Program-made: the position numbers and the translations under genes
Assembly (NCBI GenBank): GCA_964576085.1
Contig: CAZNTY010000390.1
Span: forward strand, 1 to 50,447
Length of the DNA: 50,447 nucleotides
From: an uncultured Undibacter sp.
Lineage (GTDB): Bacteria; Pseudomonadota; Alphaproteobacteria; Rhizobiales; Xanthobacteraceae
Reading direction: 5' to 3'
In this document: positions 45,890 through 50,447 of the stretch, in pieces
How the letters are laid out: each line of letters begins with the position of its first letter
Position numbering within the stretch: position 1 is the first letter of the stretch
Notes under the pieces: model-generated
Databases searched by the model: none
The model's input: only the letters and a program-made list of their open reading frames with translations
Told to the model about the DNA's origin: nothing

Positions 45890-46891
45890 ATGGCCGAACC
45901 GTTTTCCAAAATTTGTGTGTTTGGTTCCGGTGCGGTCGGCGGCTTTTTGGCGGCGTCCTTGGCGCGCGCCGGCCTGCCGGTCCACGCGATCGCGCGGGGC
46001 CCTCAACTCGAGGCAATCCGGCGCCACGGTCTTCGCATCCTTCTGAATGACGGCGAGTTCACGGCGAATATTGCCGCAACGGATCGTCCTGAAGACGTCG
46101 GTCCGCAGGATCTCGTCCTTGTAGCCGTCAAGGCGTCGACCCTTTCTCACGCCGCGTCGATGATGAAGCCACTCCTTCATCCAAAGACGGTCGTGGTCTG
46201 CTTTATCAACGGCGTTCCGTGGTGGTACTTTCACGCACACGGCGGGCCGGATGACGGTCGACGTCTGCCACCGCTCGATCCCAACGGTGTCATCTGGGAC
46301 ACATTGCGGCCCGAGAGAACGATCGGCGGCGTAATTTACTGCCCATGCACGGTCATCGCACCCGGCGTCGTCAAGGTGATGGATGTCGGGCATCGCTTCG
46401 AGATCGGCGAGCCGGACGGCGCGATATCGGAGCGGCTTGTCAGTCTTTCCACCGTCCTGCGGACTGCCGGATTGACTGTCGAAACACGATCCCGCATTCG
46501 CGACGATATCTGGAACAAGCTTGTGCTCAATCTGGCAACCGGGCCGCTTGCGATCCTCTCAGGCTCGCCGCAAAACAGGCTTCATGCCGACCCGGCCTGT
46601 GCGCATGCGATGCGGGTGGTCATGCAAGAAGGCATCGCGATCGCGGCAGCGATGGGTATTCAGGTTACGGTCGACGTCGAAAGCCACCTGTCCCGCCTGG
46701 CGGGCAGCACCCACAAGCCAAGCATCCTGCAGGACTTCGAGCGCGGCCGGCCGATGGAGGTGGATGCCCTCTATACGGTCCCCCTGGAGATGGCCAGGCG
46801 AAACGGCGTGGCGACGCCACTATTCGAGCTTCTGACGTCTCTTGTCCGAATGCGCGCCGCCAATAGCGGCCTTTACGTCGCCGAAGGTTAG
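45890..46891 (+). CDS. Ketopantoate reductase (ApbA/PanE)-family oxidoreductase
   Basis: Rossmann motif VFGSGAVGG, DLVLVAVK, NGVPWWYF, IWNKLVLN and HKPSILQDFERGRPME. Confidence 0.88.
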   Translation: MAEPFSKICVFGSGAVGGFLAASLARAGLPVHAIARGPQLEAIRRHGLRILLNDGEFTANIAATDRPEDVGPQDLVLVAVKASTLSHAASMMKPLLHPKTVVVCFINGVPWWYFHAHGGPDDGRRLPPLDPNGVIWDTLRPERTIGGVIYCPCTVIAPGVVKVMDVGHRFEIGEPDGAISERLVSLSTVLRTAGLTVETRSRIRDDIWNKLVLNLATGPLAILSGSPQNRLHADPACAHAMRVVMQEGIAIAAAMGIQVTVDVESHLSRLAGSTHKPSILQDFERGRPMEVDALYTVPLEMARRNGVATPLFELLTSLVRMRAANSGLYVAEG

Positions 46892-47622
46892 TTCGCGACG
46901 AGGTGAACGACCTTCATGTGACGCGCCTTCATCTCCGCGAGCACCATCGGCAGCAGCTTCACCGTTTCGGGCTGGACGTCGTGAAGAATGAGAATGCCGC
47001 GGTCCATGTGGTCGAAACGGTCCTTCAGGCGTTCGAACTCGACCGGCGCCGGGTCGCCGCGCCAGTCATTTGCGCCGAGATTGCGGTCGACCACGAGGCC
47101 GTGATGCGAATTGACGAACGCGACCAGCTCCGGCGTCGACTTGAATCCCGGAAACCGGAACAGATGCGGCCGGTCGGCCACTGATCCAAAGGCCGCCCTG
47201 TCGACCGCCTCGATGCCGCGCTCGATGTCGGCCGTCGCGTCCTCGGGCGCGAGATGGTTGAGCTCCCGATGCGTGTAGGAATGGCTGCCGATCGAATGCC
47301 CGGCCTCGCGCACCTGCCTGGCAAGCGCGGGGTTGGCGTCGGCGTGCTTGCCGATCATGAAGAACGTCGCCTGCACGCAGTCCTTCGCCAGGATGTCGAG
47401 GATCGCGGGCGTGGTCTTGGGCGAGGGGCCGTCGTCGAAGGTCAGGATGATCTCGCCATGCGCGAGCCCCAGCGCCGGATAGCCGTGGCCGATGCCCGGG
47501 CGCTCGCCGGTCCGCACCGTGAGCGTGCGCGAGGTGCCGAGCGCGTCGGCAGCGCAATCGCGCGCCTGCGCCGCGGATGACGCGATAGAGGCGGCGAGGA
47601 GGGCGATGGCGAGTGCCTTCAT
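46888..47622 (-). CDS. Secreted polysaccharide deacetylase (CE4/NodB domain)
   Basis: Signal peptide; ALGTSR, LTFDDGP, ATFFMIG, GSHSYTH, FRFPG, NDW and ILILHD. Confidence 0.92.
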   Translation of the reverse strand: MKALAIALLAASIASSAAQARDCAADALGTSRTLTVRTGERPGIGHGYPALGLAHGEIILTFDDGPSPKTTPAILDILAKDCVQATFFMIGKHADANPALARQVREAGHSIGSHSYTHRELNHLAPEDATADIERGIEAVDRAAFGSVADRPHLFRFPGFKSTPELVAFVNSHHGLVVDRNLGANDWRGDPAPVEFERLKDRFDHMDRGILILHDVQPETVKLLPMVLAEMKARHMKVVHLVAN

Positions 47623-47663
47623 GCGCGCGGTTGTCCTGCACCAATGCGACGATCGTGGGGCGC

Positions 47664-49118
47664 TCAGATCGCCTGCGCCCGGCGATCAAGCCTCCGGAAC
47701 CGCAAGCCGCGGCCGAGCGTCGATGCGAACCGGCCCACCTTCCGCAGGGCATGCTCGCTGTAATAGGGAACCTCCAGCAGCCGCGGCGCCAAGTCCTCCA
47801 CGATGTCCCTCTGCCACGCGCCGCTGCGTTTCATCGCCCCGGGGATGAGGTTTATGCGGGCGTAGATGTAGTCGGCATTCATCGGATTGATGCGCCGGCG
47901 TCCGGTCGCCGACAAGGCCTGCTCGTTGCTCGACCCCCACACGCCGATGCGCTGCTCGAGATAGAGGCGGTCGCGCGGGTCGAACTCGACCGGCGTCGCC
48001 GTGGCCCAGCCAAGCCAGTCCTCGAACGCGCGCTGGACCCCCGGCTGCCGCCCGCGCATCCAGGGCCGCGCCAGCCGCCTGTAGAGCTGCGACCGATCGG
48101 CGGCGTCGAACCAGTCGTTGTCCGGCAGGATGCCGTGATAGAACTGCCGCCCGAACTCGCCGCCGAAGCCGCGGATGACCAGCGCGTCCGCCGGGATGTC
48201 GCGCCACAGGCCCGCGGCGTAGATGTCGCCGTCGAGTCCCGTGCATTGTCCGATGCTCTGCCATACGAAATAGTCGAGCTCGTCCCGGATGATCGGCGCC
48301 GGCCCGAGCACGCGATACGGCACACCCGCCAGCGCCGCGAGGCGGGCCGTGACCCCGGTCTCGTCCGGCACCAGCCCGCCCATGAACGTAAAGGCGGTGA
48401 CGTTGACGCCTTCGGCAATTGCCGCGGCGAGCAGCACGCGCGAGTCGGAGCCCCCGGTCAGCCCGATCCAGACGTCCTCCCGCTTCTCCCGGAAGCCGCG
48501 GAAGATCGACCGCAGCGCCGCGACGATGTCGCTGACCGGATGAGGCGAGGACGCCGTCGATACGAGAAAGGTCGCGGCCGGCCGGAAGTCGGCAAGCGAA
48601 AGCCGCTGGGACGTGAGCAGGCGCCTCACGCCGGCGGCCCTGGTGCAGGGTCCCGGCAGCCAGTCCGGCCGCGAGCCGTGCAACACCTCGATCGGGGACA
48701 GCGTGGCGCCGGTGAGCTCGGCGAGCAGGCGAGGCGAGGACGAAGCAAGGCGCCGCTCCGCGTGATAAAAGACCGGCTTCAGGCACCCCGGATCGGATGA
48801 AATCCTGTCGTGCGACAGCACCGTGAAATGGCCCGCCAGCGTCAGCCGGGCGGCATCATGGACATCCGGAGCGGAACTTTGCGCCTCCGGGATCGGCGCC
48901 CATTCGCCGATGACGAGGCCGCCGTTCAGAAACTCGACGGGCGTGCCGGGCGACACATGGAGGTAGCCGTCGCCGAGCGTCCTGGACGACCAGGAACGAA
49001 ACGGCGGCGACGCCTCGGCGCCGTACAGCCACTCGCCTCTCGTTTCGCCGAGGCGTTCGAGAAATCGCTCCTTGCTCACGGCTGACCTCTGGGCTGACCT
49101 CGGTTCCGTTCTGTCCAT
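47664..49118 (-). CDS. Asparagine-synthase-like (PP-loop adenylating) hypothetical protein
   Basis: PP-loop-like IGLTGGSDSRVLLAA, AFTF, RGFGGEFGR, D..CLKPVFY and DRLYLEQR..VWG. No N-terminal catalytic Cys. Start uncertain. Confidence 0.65.
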   Translation of the reverse strand: MDRTEPRSAQRSAVSKERFLERLGETRGEWLYGAEASPPFRSWSSRTLGDGYLHVSPGTPVEFLNGGLVIGEWAPIPEAQSSAPDVHDAARLTLAGHFTVLSHDRISSDPGCLKPVFYHAERRLASSSPRLLAELTGATLSPIEVLHGSRPDWLPGPCTRAAGVRRLLTSQRLSLADFRPAATFLVSTASSPHPVSDIVAALRSIFRGFREKREDVWIGLTGGSDSRVLLAAAIAEGVNVTAFTFMGGLVPDETGVTARLAALAGVPYRVLGPAPIIRDELDYFVWQSIGQCTGLDGDIYAAGLWRDIPADALVIRGFGGEFGRQFYHGILPDNDWFDAADRSQLYRRLARPWMRGRQPGVQRAFEDWLGWATATPVEFDPRDRLYLEQRIGVWGSSNEQALSATGRRRINPMNADYIYARINLIPGAMKRSGAWQRDIVEDLAPRLLEVPYYSEHALRKVGRFASTLGRGLRFRRLDRRAQAI

Positions 49119-49198
49119 CCTGTCTGTGTCGGTTTGACGACCGCGTGCCGCCGGGGCGTTTCGTAGAAGGGCCACATTCGATTTGCAGCGTCGGGCGA

Positions 49199-50317
49199 AT
49201 GGCCCAACCCGTCGTGAACGGCATTCTCCGGCGGCAGTTTCTGATCGGCGCGCTCGCATCGGGACTTGCGCCGGCCACGGCGTTTGCTAAACCGGAACCC
49301 CCGATGCCCACCTTGCGCGGCATGGCCGCGCGCGATGGCCTGTTCTGGGGCGCCGCGGTTCAATCAAGCCAGCTCGCGCCGGAAACGGATTTTTCCACGC
49401 TGGTCGCGCGCGAATGCTCGGTCGTGGTGCCGGAATGGGAAATGAAATGGAGCGCGCTGGAACCGGAACAGGGCCGGCCGAGATATGGCCACGCCGATGC
49501 GATCGTGAATTTTGCCAGACAGCATCAGCTGAAAATCCGCGGTCACGCCCTGCTGTGGCACCGGTCGATGCCGAAGTGGGCGCGGCAGGCGATCAAGCAG
49601 GAGTCGGACTGGACGGTGCCTGCGTCGTTCATCACCGCGACGCTCAGCCGCTATGGCGACAGCCGTTTCATCCACTGGGATGTCCTCAACGAGGTCATCG
49701 AGCCGCGCGACGGGCGGCCCGATGGGCTGCGTTCGAGCCCCTATCTGAACGCCTTCGGGCCGGACTACATACGGCGCGCGCTCGACCTCGCGCATGAGCA
49801 TGCGCCCAACGTCCGGCTCTACATCAACGAGTACGGGCTGGACTACGATGGGCAGGTCGAGCGGGACCGGCGGACCGCATTGCTGCGGCTGATCGAGACC
49901 CTGAAGAAAGCCGACGTTCCGTTTCACGGCATCGGCATCCAGGGCCACCTCTACGGGCGCGGCAAATCCAGATTCTCGCAGGAGGCGCTGCGTCGCTTTC
50001 TCGCGAATGTTGCCGCCCACGGTCTCAAGATCACGATCACCGAGCTCGATGTTCCCGAGGCCGATGTTTCATTGCCGGTCGAGGAGAGAGACCGCCGCGT
50101 CGCCGACGAGGTCGCGCGCTATCTCGACGTCGTCCTCGACGAGCCCGCCGTCGAGGGAATTGTGACCTGGGGCCTGTCGGACCGTTATTCCTGGCTCAAC
50201 GCCAGACTACGCGGCAGCGGAACCAGAAACCGCGGCCTGCCGTTCGACGAGAACCTCGCGCCCAAGCCGGTCACGCACGCGATAATCGAGGCTCTCGAAC
50301 GGCGCCCGGCGCGCTGA
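49199..50317 (+). CDS. Glycoside hydrolase family 10 (endo-1,4-beta-xylanase-like) with Tat signal
   Basis: Motifs RRQFL, PEWEMKW, RGHALLWH, WDVLNE (acid/base), LYINEY, GIGIQGH, ITELD (nucleophile) and TWGLSDRYSW. Confidence 0.93.
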   Translation: MAQPVVNGILRRQFLIGALASGLAPATAFAKPEPPMPTLRGMAARDGLFWGAAVQSSQLAPETDFSTLVARECSVVVPEWEMKWSALEPEQGRPRYGHADAIVNFARQHQLKIRGHALLWHRSMPKWARQAIKQESDWTVPASFITATLSRYGDSRFIHWDVLNEVIEPRDGRPDGLRSSPYLNAFGPDYIRRALDLAHEHAPNVRLYINEYGLDYDGQVERDRRTALLRLIETLKKADVPFHGIGIQGHLYGRGKSRFSQEALRRFLANVAAHGLKITITELDVPEADVSLPVEERDRRVADEVARYLDVVLDEPAVEGIVTWGLSDRYSWLNARLRGSGTRNRGLPFDENLAPKPVTHAIIEALERRPAR

Positions 50318-50447
50318 CCGGCCTCGTCAGCGCGGCCCGGGAGCGCGCCAGCGGCGCGATGACGAGAGCGATCGTCAGGCTGAAGGCGAAGCTGCTGAAG
50401 CTCGCCATGCCGCTGAACGGCGTCGCCTCGGTCAGCCCGCGCTCCAG
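50271..50447 (-). CDS. C-terminal fragment of a membrane protein, possibly O-antigen ligase/Wzy-like; truncated by the window edge
   Basis: Open frame LERGLTEATPFSGMASFSSFAFSLTIALVIAPLARS...RA* with high GC3, stop at 50271. The family guess rests on context only. Confidence 0.45.
   Translation of the reverse strand: MERGLTEATPFSGMASFSSFAFSLTIALVIAPLARSRAALTRPVSAPGAVREPRLSRA

Noticed and set aside
45347-46393. 348-aa minus-strand ORF
   Set aside because: Antisense to the SBP and PanE-like genes.
47613-48800. 395-aa plus-strand ORF and overlapping 366-aa minus-strand ORF
   Set aside because: Arg/Pro/Gly-rich alternative frames of the asparagine-synthase-like gene.

Overview
The window looks like alphaproteobacterial (probably Hyphomicrobiales-type) DNA; this is inferred from gene content and promoter style. 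Positions ~1-46,890 are a lower-GC, gene-dense catabolic region. From left to right it holds: (1) a frameshifted DUF5009/HGSNAT-like acyltransferase pseudogene preceded by two FNR/FixK-type boxes; (2) a three-subunit Mo-hydroxylase (coxMSL order, not a form I CO dehydrogenase) divergent from a Liv-type ABC importer, an amidase, an atypical M20 hydrolase and a COG2984-type ABC importer, then two amidohydrolase-2 decarboxylase-like genes; (3) a LacI-controlled module with an Fe3+/AfuABC-type importer, two RraA/HMG-aldolase paralogs and a LeuCD-type hydratase; (4) a ~20 kb twin system around two back-to-back IclR genes. Each arm of the twin system encodes a hydantoinase/oxoprolinase A+B pair, a cupin and a PotABCD-type importer in a different gene order, and both B subunits carry an extra C-terminal double-psi-beta-barrel-like domain. 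At ~46,890 GC content rises abruptly and the edge of a surface-polysaccharide locus begins (polysaccharide deacetylase, asparagine-synthase-like protein, Tat-exported GH10, partial membrane protein). I found no rRNA, tRNA, CRISPR array, integrase or transposase. Substrates cannot be determined from sequence alone.
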